A DNA stretch of 63,860 nt, filler included, from Octopus bimaculoides (lineage: Eukaryota), in NCBI RefSeq assembly GCF_001194135.2. It is 4 parts of 3 records of this genome, joined end to end, with 100 filler letters (N's around TTAATTAATTAA, not from the genome) between each part and the next. Parts side by side here need not be neighbours in the genome. Positions count along the whole stretch, not along the records: positions 1 to 13,996 come from NC_068982.1; positions 14,097 to 27,043 come from NC_068981.1; 2 more parts are not named here. One strand, 5' to 3'. The stretch's first letter is position 1, and each line of letters opens with the position of its first letter. This document shows, piece by piece, positions 13,227 through 24,067 of this stretch. The notes below the pieces were generated by a model. It worked only from the letters and a program-made list of their open reading frames with translations, was not told the origin of the DNA and did no database searches. A program made the position numbers and the translations under genes.

Positions 13227-13340
13227 ACTACCGTTCTTGTGTTTTTCTATCAACTTTAAAATCTATGCTTTAGTTTTCTCCCTGTCATGTCTACAGTCCG
13301 ATAAACAACTACATGATCTTTATGACAGAGTACACTCTAT

Positions 13341-13614
13341 CATGCATAGGCAACCTGCGGCCCACGACATATTGTTGTGCGGTCCTCGATGTATTTCTGG
13401 GTTACTAATTTCATACTGAGGCAAATAAAATTTCATGCTAAGACAAACTTTCATACTAAAACAAATAAAATTAAGAAGAACTGCAAAAGATTCAGTTTTA
13501 AATAGGAAAGTAATATTTCAAGCATATGTGTTTTATCATGCGGCCCTCTCCCACTTGGAAATGCGACCCTCTCCCACTTGCGGCCTCTGGTTGACGAAAA
13601 GTTGCCCACCGCTG
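13341..13614. mobile_element. hAT (Charlie-like) MITE
   Basis: Termini catgcataggcaacctgcggccc ... aaaagttgcccaccgctg resemble CAG..GTGGGCAAC TIRs with internal GCGGCCC motifs; no clean TSD. Confidence 0.65.
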
Positions 13615-13936
13615 GTCTATGTAATAACATCCAAATGAAATGCTCCGATATACTTACTCTATGCTTGTAATTAACACACGAAAACCGCCCTATCACTGTG
13701 AAAAACCAAACAACCAAACAAATAAGCAATAACTCTAACAAAATAAGTTAATCTAGATCTTCGAAACAATAAAGTATTCAGGTAATAATGGATCTTGCCA
13801 TCAAAGGCAGTGCTGTAAGTTTAACAAGCCTGTTTCTATCCTGTCAAATTCGCTCAGCAAAGCATATTCAACATAGTCGTGATGATCTAGATTAAGGTGA
13901 TTTTGATTATGAGAACGATAATCACACACACACACA

Positions 13937-13996
<60 letters not shown>

Positions 13997-14100
13997 NNNN
14001 NNNNNNNNNNNNNNNNNNNNNNNNNNNNNNNNNNNNNNNNTTAATTAATTAANNNNNNNNNNNNNNNNNNNNNNNNNNNNNNNNNNNNNNNNNNNNCTTC

Positions 14101-14351
14101 AACGTTTTTTTGATGTCCTGTACCCATATATGCATGTATATATACATATATATATGGAGGTATGTACATATATGTATGGATATATGCATATATTTATATA
14201 TTATTTATATTATCATGTATATATATATATATATACATGATAATATAAATAATATATAAATATATGCATATATCCATACATATATGTACATACCTACATC
14301 TATATGTATACATACATGCATATATGGGTACAGGACATCACAAAAAACGTT
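14101..14351. repeat. ~250-bp palindrome centred on (TA)n
   Basis: Arms 14101-14217 and 14236-14351 are reverse complements with about 3 substitutions and a 2-nt indel. Confidence 0.9.
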
Positions 14352-14468
14352 AAACAATGAGAAACGAAAGCATAAAGACGAAGACAGAAAACGAACTTTT
14401 TTTCGAACAACGAAAAAAATAAACAGAGAAACGAGACATGCAACATAAAGAATATTTCCCTTCTTCAG

Positions 14469-17325
14469 TTGTTCCCGAGCAAAAAAACAGCACTGCTACC
14501 CACACCGCCATATGCACAACTAATTAAACAGCTCTACAAACACATGAAGGAACATCAGGAACCAACAAGCCAGCCCAACCAAACAACACCACCACCAGCG
14601 CCACCAAGAACAGAAACAACATCATCATCACCACCACAAACAAAAACCCCAAAGGAAGAAGAGAAAACCAAAAAGACTCATACCCCACCGACAAAATCCC
14701 ATACACCACATCCCAACTGTTACAAACCAGCACCAACACCAACAACAAAATCAACACACTCAGAAATAAATCCCAATACCCTTCCCCTCCCATCTTCTGA
14801 TTCCTCCGATATGTCGTCAGATGAAGACGACACAGAGGATTGGCAAGTGGCCACAGGAGGGAAGGAGAAAAAGAGGGAATAAAAGAATAGAGAAGCAGAC
14901 AAACAAAGCAGGGAGGTTTACCACTCCCGAAACCAAAACACCCACAGAAAAAGCATTAACATAAACACACTAACACCAAATGCTCCAACAATGTTGACAG
15001 TTATAAACACTAACAATCCAGACCTAATGGAATACATTAAGTCAAATACCAACATAACAGAAAATGACACTAAAACAAAGAATCACCCACGCACAACACC
15101 ACCACAACACATCAAAATCATACACATAACACAGAGCACACACAGCACACTGAAATCTCTCTACCCGGATGCAGTAGAGAGATTTCAAAAATACCTGTCT
15201 AAAAAATTATACAAAAACCTTCTGGGAGAAGACTGTATGGTGAAGGACAAACAGCTTTCGGACAGTAAGTGACTCTTTCTCTCTCTCTCTTTCATCTTCC
15301 TTTCGTGTGTAAAACACAACTTTCGATAGGAAGATGCTCAAAATAGGTAGTATAAATGTACCTGACTTGGAGTCATCAAGTCACAGAATCTGCATATCAT
15401 AGCCATCAGCGAGACCAGACTCCACAGCCCACGGGCCCTCCAGCACAGGTTCGGCGGACATTTCGACATAAAGTTTTCTCCGTGGCTGCCGAGGATGGGC
15501 GGAGGTGGCACCGCGGTGCTTCTTCAGAAGAGTCTCGACCTCAAAATAAGAGCAATTTTCCTAGACTCGGAGGGTAGGCTGGTCGTCTTGGATGTCGATG
15601 GCAGTAATGGGTGTGATTTTCGACTGATAACAGTTTATGCACCGTCCTTAACAGGTCGGCCAGATTTCTTCCGACATCTAGAGGTTTTCCTGGGAACGTC
15701 TCGACCTTTACTTTTAGTGGGGGATTGGAATGCTACTCTGGACACGCATCTAAACTACGTGGGCTGAGATAGTAATAGGAGGGGATATAAATGCCTCAAA
15801 GACCTGTTCAGAGGTTTCCAACTGTCTGACAAGTACCGTCTGGACCACCCGTATGTACTAATGTGGACATGGAGCGACTGCATCGGGTCGTCCAGATCGT
15901 ACTTAGAGTATTCTGTAGGACAGTGGATAAGAATAGTGTAGGTTGTCTACAGTTCCATATAGTCAGCTACACAGATCACAAATTTGTGACTTGTACACTC
16001 GACTTAGATAAGACACATAGACTTAGATAAGACACACTGGAAGCTGAACGCGTCGTTCACGGCACGCTAGGCTTACAGGGACCGGATTAGCACATTGGTT
16101 AAGAGAGCATTGACGGGTGCCATGGTCAACAATAGATGGTGGTATGCCCCAAAGAAAGCAAGGAAGGTGAGAATAGAGGGGCATCCCGCGTGAACTGCGG
16201 TGCGGAACGAGCATGTCCGCATACGCGGACGACGTCACCGTCATAGTGTCTAGCCATGAGCACATCGCGCTGGTCAGCTAGACACTGAAAAACTACGAAG
16301 TGGCGAGGGGAGCAAAAATCAACCGGGAAGAGTCAGTGGTCTTGCGGCTCGGCATCTGGAGAAGCAAGCCCATGCCGTCCAGCAGTGTCTCCGTCGTGGG
16401 ACGCTGGACCGATTGTCCGGTCAAGTTGCTCGGATTCTGGTTTGATCCGGACCTCCAAACGGAAAAGAACTGGGACGAGATAACGAGCAGGGTGGCCACT
16501 TTCTCCCGGCAATGGGCCGAGAGAAAGCTGTCACTAAAAGGTCGGGCAGAGGTGGATAACGCGTACATCGCGCCCGTCATCTACTACCGTCTGACCACCG
16601 TGCCTTGCTCCGATCGTACCATCACCAAACTGGAACGCATACTCTTCCGCTTCTTATGGAAATGAAGCGTTCTGATGGTCAGGCGATCCGTTTGTTGCCA
16701 ACACCCGCTTAAAGTAGGGCGGGGCATGCCGTGGTTGATGATGTGCAGACATGTGCTGAGACTGCGACACTTCTGGCTTTACGTAGACGACAGTAGGCAG
16801 GTGTGTTCCCCGTTTGTGCGGCGCGCCCTCCCGCAGCTCATCTCCATCACCAGGCTGCAGTCGTGGATCAAGAAGAGACCGAGGAAGGGCGAATGGCACC
16901 GTGAGTGTCGCGTTGCTCTCGAGCAACTATGCCGTCCCGAGTCGACCATGAGCAACGACATCACAACCAAAGCATTCTATAGAGGATTAGTGGAGGGGAG
17001 GTACGACGACGATCTCGGGGTGAACCTGGGCATCGACGAGGAATACCTGACCCGCCTGTGCAGGACGACTTTCGGGCCGGGACCTATGGACAACTTCCAG
17101 AGATCCCTGGCCTGGCAGTGCTATTGAGAAGTGCTACCCGTTCGGGATAAGCTCTACAAGCATGACTCGTGAAACACCGGACCGACCTGCCCGAGATGCG
17201 GTCAGAGTGACAAAACCTTTCTGCACACACTCGTGCAGTGTCCAACCATTTCCGACCTGTGGGCTTATGTCAAACGACTGCTGTCACGTATGGGACGAGT
17301 CGGTCTATCAGCCGAGTCTATCATC
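14469..17325 (+). mobile_element. Tx1/L1-like LINE, decayed, with most of the RT domain deleted
   Basis: ORF2 start MLKIGSINV (~15335); APE motifs FRLITVYAP, LLVGDWN, SYTDHK, WKLNAS; then AYADDVTV (~16220), KLSLKGRAEV, and C-terminal CPRC..H..QCP (~17190). The upstream P/T-rich and basic ORFs are probably ORF1. Confidence 0.8.
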
Positions 17326-17329
17326 AATA

Positions 17330-17895
17330 GGGAGGAGGAGACGATGAAGGGAGAGGGTGGAAGGGAGAAGGTGGTAGGAGTGAAGAGAGGAAGTAGGTGC
17401 CAGAGCAAGAAAGAAGTGGGTGGGAGGAAGTAGGTATGAGAGGAAGAGAGGAGGAGGGTGAGATGAAGTGGGGAGGAGAGTTGAGCCCATGTGGCGAAAA
17501 GGAGCGAAGAGAGAAGATTAATCCCTGCTCACGGCGAAGACGGGAGTCCGGATGTCCCCTGTGCAAGGACAATCCGAACACACACATATATTATAAAAAG
17601 TGACTGGTAGAGTGGAAATGACGCGAAACCGGGGTGTCGTTGTCCAGTCGGATGTCTCGGAGGTGTTCCGCGAACCGGTCAGTCAAGCGGCGTCCTTTTT
17701 GACCAATGTATAGAGAAGGACAGAGAGAGCAGGAGATGCAGTAGATGACATTGCTAGAAGTGCAGGTGAAGGAGTCAGTTATATGATAGAGTCGATGATG
17801 TGTGCCTGTGAGGAGGGTGGTGTTGGAAAAGTAAGGGCAAGTGCGGCAGCGTGGGCAGAAGCAGGGAATGAGCCAGGCTGGGAGGTTGGGTTTTT
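17330..17895 (-). mobile_element. Penelope-like element, GIY-YIG endonuclease 3' fragment
   Basis: Reverse translation with frameshifts: PGSFP..PRCRTCPY..FTCTSSNVIYCISCSLCPSLYIGQ..RRLTDRFAEHLRDI..PVSRHF..REQGLIFSLRSFSPHGLN. Confidence 0.85.
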
Positions 17896-19311
17896 TTCCA
17901 GCATTTCTTTAGGGGGCGTCAACCTCAGTCTGTCTCCCTCCTTCTTCAGCAAGCCGTTATATTTTTTTATAATTCTTCTCTTTTAATTCTATTTCATGGA
18001 CATTCAGTACCTCTACTGAAAGGCCCTTGCCGGTCACCGCAGCGTAACTTCCCGTTGGTTTACTTTCCATGACAGTATTATTCCTGACTACACCCATACA
18101 ATGGGGAAGAAGGAATAAAAGCCAGTTAACAACACCAATTGCAACAATTCCAGTTAATAACAGTTCAACACTTCAGTAAATTAACAATGTAATACAACAA
18201 AACCCACATAGAGCGAACTGAAATACAACTCTTAAGACTAACAAACGATCTCCCATTTCTTTTACTTATACTAACCTCTATTCTTTATAAGAGCTGGGCT
18301 AGTCCATTCTTCCAATCCCCACAGGGGTGTAAATGACTCTCGCCACAACAGATAGACAAAATATGATGCTACATTTGGAATCAGTACCTTCAAATTATCT
18401 AAAAACCATTGATAAACATTGTAACAGAAAATGTACTGACTAGTATAATAATTCCTGAGGAGCAGTTAGAATCCCAATATAAACGTATTTTCCGATAACG
18501 AAAGTTAACATCGATTAAAAAATGTACAAAGAATAGATAGATAAATTATTGTTTAGATCCTAGCTTTTGTGCATGCACCCCATTGAGTAGGAAAATTTTT
18601 TTGGAAATTATGAGATGAAATATTTGTAATCTCCGCTATTGAAGCATTGCTTGTTACACCTATTTGGGTATTCTTCAATTTTTTTTTGCAGTTACGTCGA
18701 GCTATATTCCTTCGTACCGTTTATATATTTGTAAATTAATCAAATAGTGATGTAAATTTCGTGATGTCAGTATAAGGTATATTAAATCATAAACCTACGG
18801 CGATATAAATTGTGTAGTTACTCTGAAACATTTGGAGAGACTAATTTGAGAGGCAGAAAAACTTCTGTCAAGGAATTATATAACATTGTAAAACTTACAA
18901 TATAAAATGATATTTGAAATCATTATCGCTGTTTATTCCAATGCAAGAGAAAGGAGATTTTGCTATTATAGATGTGTACAGTTCTGATACAATTAAAACC
19001 GACGTACGCTTAAAGTGGATTTCTCTCTGCACAACAGTGACTGGACAAAAACTTATAATACTATGCTAGAATAAGACAAAGCAGGCGATACAGCATATAT
19101 CGCAGTTTAGATGAATGTGTATCATTGAGATCTACAATAACACTTAGACTGGGTCAAGATAATAATGAAATTCTATAAATAATTAAAAAAATACACACAA
19201 AGTTCAGATTCACTACAAAACAGGATGTATTCTCTTCCGTATAGTTTGGAGTTCTACCAGTTAATATTTTTACATCAAATAGGTTCTTATTGTTTCCTGA
19301 ATAACATTATA

Positions 19312-19380
19312 TGGAAATCCCATTAGTGGTTTTTACAACGGTATATAATCAACAAAATTCAAGACTGTCGATATCATTTT
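19312..19380 (+). promoter_or_regulatory. Putative IL-17 core promoter: kappaB-like site, TATA box, Inr-like motif
   Basis: TGGAAATCCC at 19312-19321 (reverse complement GGGATTTCCA), TATATAA at 19342-19348, TCATTT at 19374-19379, about 130 nt upstream of the ATG. Confidence 0.5.
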
Positions 19381-19505
19381 GAAGCAAATCACTTTAAGAA
19401 ACGAGTAAAATTTTTTACTGTCTTAGTGCTTTTCTGATTTACAGCCGTACTGCTCTCATCTTGCATTCTATTTCAAAGAGAACAAACATTACAGTAAACA
19501 TAACG

Positions 19506-19508
19506 ATG
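19506..19508 (+). CDS. IL-17-like gene, coding part of exon 1 (start codon only)
   Basis: aacgATG|GTAAGT is a perfect donor; a phase-0 splice to 22235 gives an in-frame signal peptide. Confidence 0.65.
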
Positions 19509-19628
19509 GTAAGTAGACTTTAATTTATGTTTTCTAGCGAATTTCTGCATGTTGCTCCTTAACTATTTGAGTTCTCTGTCTCATGTAAAACATCAGAATT
19601 TGACTACAATAATTTAAACCTATGTATG

Positions 19629-19704
<76 letters not shown>

Positions 19705-20317
19705 NNNNNNNNNNNNNNNNNNNNNNNNNNNNNNNNNNNNNNNNNNNNNNNNNNNNNNNNNNNNNNNNNNNNNNNNNNNNNNNNNNNNNNNNNNNNNNNN
19801 NNNNNNNNNNNNNNNNNNNNNNNNNNNNNNNNNNNNNNNNNNNNNNNNNNNNNNNNNNNNNNNNNNNNNNNNNNNNNNNNNNNNNNNNNNNNNNNNNNNN
19901 NNNNNNNNNNNNNNNNNNNNNNNNNNNNNNNNNNNNNNNNNNNNNNNNNNNNNNNNNNNNNNNNNNNNNNNNNNNNNNNNNNNNNNNNNNNNNNNNNNNN
20001 NNNNNNNNNNNNNNNNNNNNNNNNNNNNNNNNNNNNNNNNNNNNNNNNNNNNNNNNNNNNNNNNNNNNNNNNNNNNNNNNNNNNNNNTATATATATATAG
20101 TTACATCACAATATAGAAGAAATGAAAACTTAATATGTTGAAAATTTTAACAGAGATGTTGAATGTACTGTGATTGGCGGCAAAATAGATAACTATTATT
20201 TGATGTTCATCTTCTAAAACCGCTAAGATGTATATTATAACACACTTGTAGCATTGTGTTCCTGATGTGTGTACGAATTATAAAAGTTATATAAACTATA
20301 TTTTAATCGGTACAGTT

Positions 20318-20640
20318 AAGGTTGTGCGGTGAAGAAGCTCGCTTTAGAACCATGTGCCTGGGATTCAATTCCACTACACACCATCTTAAGCAACTATCTC
20401 CTTCCATATCCTAACAATAACTTGTGAGTGAATTTGGTAGAAGGAAACTGTGTGCAACCGTAAGTTATATACATGTGTATGCGTGTATGTGTGTGCGCGC
20501 GCGTAACTTTGTGCTTGAGTTTTAACAAACCTGGCTTTAACAAAGGAGTACTAGTATCGATATGTTCCATCAAACTCATCACAGCGATGTCCCAGCAAGG
20601 CCGCAGTCTAATCACTGGAACAAGTAAAAGATGAAAGATT
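20318..20640 (+). mobile_element. Old, diverged SINE family A copy in the IL-17 intron
   Basis: Degenerate head and ttgtgagtgaatttggtagaaggaaactg core; tail ccagcaaggccgcagtc...aacaagtaaaag. Confidence 0.6.
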
Positions 20641-21010
20641 TTCTTCAGTAAATTTCAACAATTCGTTGTACCTTATCTTCTTGGTTCATATGTTGTTTCC
20701 TTATACTATAAAAAATCTTTTCCGCATATGAAGGCTGTTTACTTATGATTTCACACATTCACTAGTATATTGTCACTCCTCTATTTGATATACTTATCCT
20801 TTGACTCCTATTGTCTCACGACCAACACACTTACTACGACTGTTATTTGAAGTATCCTCAAGTGAGACAATCTGCAGTGTTTGTTAATTGTATTATTTAT
20901 CTTCGTTACCATTCAAAAGTAAAGTAAAATCTTGCCTAGTATTTACATATATGCATACATGCCTACATACATACATACATACATACATACATACATACAT
21001 ACATACATAC

Positions 21011-21053
<43 letters not shown>

Positions 21054-21677
21054 AGCCAACCATTGTTTCTTTCAGTATTAGAGGAGGGACGTTGTTCACC
21101 CTCTTTCCCACCTACTGTCTATATATATGGATTAGCTTTATGATGCATATTATAAGTGCTCTGAGATGTAATGTCAGTGATGTTTCTGGGGTTTAAAGAC
21201 TTTTAGGGTCTTTCGTCATAGCATCCCCTCTCCCACTTGATCTAATTGCGGTTGATCAAGTCCTAACTGGCATCTCAATAACATTCTAACACTGGTCTGC
21301 TCTCTGGAGCCAAAGCCACCTAATGAACTTCATCGTATCTTCTGTCTATCCTGCCTTCCACTCTCTTTTTTCCTCACTAACTCTCTCTTTCTCTCTCTCT
21401 CTATCTATATCTAGTGTTGCGTCTAGGGAGAAGGTTTTTATACCAATGTTATTAACACACGCACTGTTGCAACACACGTGATCACATAATGAATGTTGCA
21501 AACCAAATACAAAAACGAAGTATCTTTCTCTCTCTCTCTCTCCCTCTGTCAGACTCGCTGTCTGTCAGTCAGTCTGTCTGTCTATCAGTCACTATGTCTG
21601 TCAGCCTGTCTGTCAGTCTGTTAGTCTGTAGTCTCACTTTCTCAGTTAGTATACATACATACATACATACATACATA

Positions 21678-22000
21678 CGGGTCAGTCCCACTGCGTGGTA
21701 CATTGAGCAAGTGCCTCCTACTATAGCCTCGGGCCTACCAAATTCTTGTGAGTGGATTTGGTAGATGAAAACTGAAAGAAGCCATTTATATATATATATA
21801 TTTGTGTGTCTGTGGTTGTCCCCCACCATCGCTTGACAACGATGCTGATGTGTTTACGTCACCGTAACTTAGTGGTTCGGCAAAACGGACCTACAGAGTA
21901 GGCCCTAGACCTACAAAGAATAAGTCCTGGGCTCGATTTGCTTGACTAAATGTAACACTCCAGCATGGCCTCAGTCAAATGACTGAAACAAATAAAAGAA
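21678..22000 (+). mobile_element. SINE family A copy (5'-truncated) in the IL-17 intron
   Basis: High similarity to 34276-34697. Confidence 0.85.
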
Positions 22001-22087
22001 GAAAATGGATTCCGAAATACAACAATACCTGCTTCAACACTCGATTTCACATCAAGAATCTTAGAACACAAATTCATAAACGTATCC

Positions 22088-22173
<86 letters not shown>

Positions 22174-22234
22174 ATCTATATATATTAAAATTAACGTAGA
22201 AAGCTTAATAAAAATATTTCTTATTTTATTACAG

Positions 22235-22768
22235 GATCTCTTTCAAGTTGTAACCTTTCTCTTCTTAAACTACATCTTGATTGTATCTTCGGCATCAATT
22301 CCAACCCGATGTAAAATACCAACAGACTTAAAAGTCCGCTACGAGAACTTGTCCAATGCAACCATTGGCAATCATTTTTTTCTACCAGCTGAAATGGCTC
22401 CTGCTGAAAGTAACCGCACAACATGGACCGTTGGTGATAAAAGCTGCCCAACACCGCCTGTGTCTAGTGATATCATCCGTGAACGTTCCACCTGTCCTTG
22501 GTACCTGAATATTACTCATGATTCAACAGTTTTCCCTCCATCACGTAGTGAAGCAGTATGTCGCTGTAGAAAGTGTTTAGAGTCTAAGAGCACCACCCAA
22601 CAATGTTCGACTGTATACACTAAAATGACCGTCCTGAAACGCACAGGTAAATGTGTTGATGGATTGTATGTGTATGAACCACATGTGATTGATGTAGCTA
22701 CAGCCTGTGTGTGTGCACGGACGGTTGATGTCAATGCTGATAGAAATGAAGACGACTATAAGACGTAA
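22235..22768 (+). CDS. IL17: Interleukin-17-like cytokine, exon 2 (178 aa with spliced Met)
   Basis: Acceptor ttcttattttattacAG at 22234. Reads DLFQVVTFLFLNYILIVSSA (signal peptide), RSTCPW, EAVCRCRKC, C.TVY..M.VLKR..KC..G.Y.Y, ACVC, TAA. Contains 10 Cys and 4 N-glycosylation sequons (NLS, NAT, NRT, NIT). Confidence 0.92.
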   Translation, partial: DLFQVVTFLFLNYILIVSSASIPTRCKIPTDLKVRYENLSNATIGNHFFLPAEMAPAESNRTTWTVGDKSCPTPPVSSDIIRERSTCPWYLNITHDSTVFPPSRSEAVCRCRKCLESKSTTQQCSTVYTKMTVLKRTGKCVDGLYVYEPHVIDVATACVCARTVDVNADRNEDDYKT

Positions 22769-22860
22769 AAATCGACCAACATCCAAATTGTTCACTGCGT
22801 GTAAAGCACAACTTATTCAGTGTCATGAAACGTCAAGTAGACCACTGTGTGGTTATTATT

Positions 22861-22878
22861 ATATTTATTATATTTATC
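22861..22878 (+). promoter_or_regulatory. AU-rich elements in the predicted IL-17 3' UTR
   Basis: TATTTAT twice (ATTTA at 22863 and 22872) in an AT-only context. Confidence 0.45.
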
Positions 22879-22923
22879 ATTATTATGTGAACCGATATGG
22901 AACTAACAAAGCATGTATTTGCG

Positions 22924-23000
<77 letters not shown>

Positions 23001-23007
<7 letters not shown>

Positions 23008-23160
23008 ATAACGTCGACCACTAACGTGGACAATTAATGCGCTAGAAATAGATCACATCTTGTGTCTATTAAGACCTAAAAAGTTCTCTTAATAGACACA
23101 AGATGTGATCTATTTCTAGCGCATTAATTGTCCACGTTAGTGGTCGACGTTATTTTTTAA
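23001..23160. repeat. Perfect inverted repeat, 74-bp arms, 12-nt spacer
   Basis: 23001-23074 is the exact reverse complement of 23087-23160; spacer cctaaaaagttc. Confidence 0.97.
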
Positions 23161-24032
23161 AATATACCTTAATCCCCTGAGATTGCAGATAATATTTCTG
23201 AATCTCTTTGATTCTTTAAATGTGCTGGCCCCCTGATAATTAATCGATATTAATTAATATATTAATATATGACTAATTACCAGATCTTATAATAATATAT
23301 ATATATATATATACATACATACACACGCGTGTACATATACATACAAACACACACATATATGTCTATACATATGTAAATATAGATACATACAAACATACAT
23401 ACATACATACAATAAACACGTATATATACCCAAGCACGCATCATTATGTTCATATACACATCTCTATACGCACATACGCATACATACGCCGATATACAAA
23501 ACGTAGTCTATACGCACATGCACATTGTGTTGTTTTTTCTTTTTTCTCTTTTTTTGCTTGTTCATGTTTGAATTGACTATATATATGTGTATATATATAT
23601 ATATATATATTTATGCATACATACATAAATATATAAATATATATATATATANNNNNNNNNNNNNNNNNNNNNNNNNNNNNNNNNNNNNNNNNNNNNNNNN
23701 NNNNNNNNNNNNNNNNNNNNNNNNNNNNNNNNNNNNNNNNNNNNNNNNNNNNNNNNNNNNNNNNNNNNNNNNNNNNNNNNNNNNNNNNNNNNNNNNNNNN
23801 NNNNNNNNNNNNNNNNNNNNNNNNNNNNNNNNNNNNNNNNNNNNNNNNNNNNNNNNNNNNNNNNNNNNNNNNNNNNNNNNNNNNNNNNNNNNNNNNNNNN
23901 NNNNNNNNNNNNNNNNNNNNNNNNNNNNNNNNNNNNNNNNNNNNNNNNNNNNNNNNNNNNNNNNNNNNNNNNNNNNNNNNNNNNNNNNNNNNNNNNNNNN
24001 NNACATACATACATACATACATACATACATAC

Positions 24033-24067
<35 letters not shown>

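Noticed and set aside
13782-13814. Possible + strand mini-exon (..MDLAIKGSA|gtaagt) and overlapping minus ORF DHHDYVEYALL
   Set aside because: Weak acceptor, no partner exon, no homology.
14041-14052. TTAATTAATTAA islands inside N-runs (also ~27088 and ~53309)
   Set aside because: Identical six-frame-stop 12-mer centred in gaps; an assembly or scaffolding spacer, not biology.
22277-22279. TTG start of the IL-17 ORF as given in the ORF track
   Set aside because: The frame is open upstream to a canonical acceptor at 22234, and a spliced ATG gives a complete signal peptide.
23176-23206. cctgagattgcagataatatttctgaatctc as a hammerhead next to the large hairpin
   Set aside because: Lacks intact CTGANGA and GAAA cores; it is only a small hairpin.
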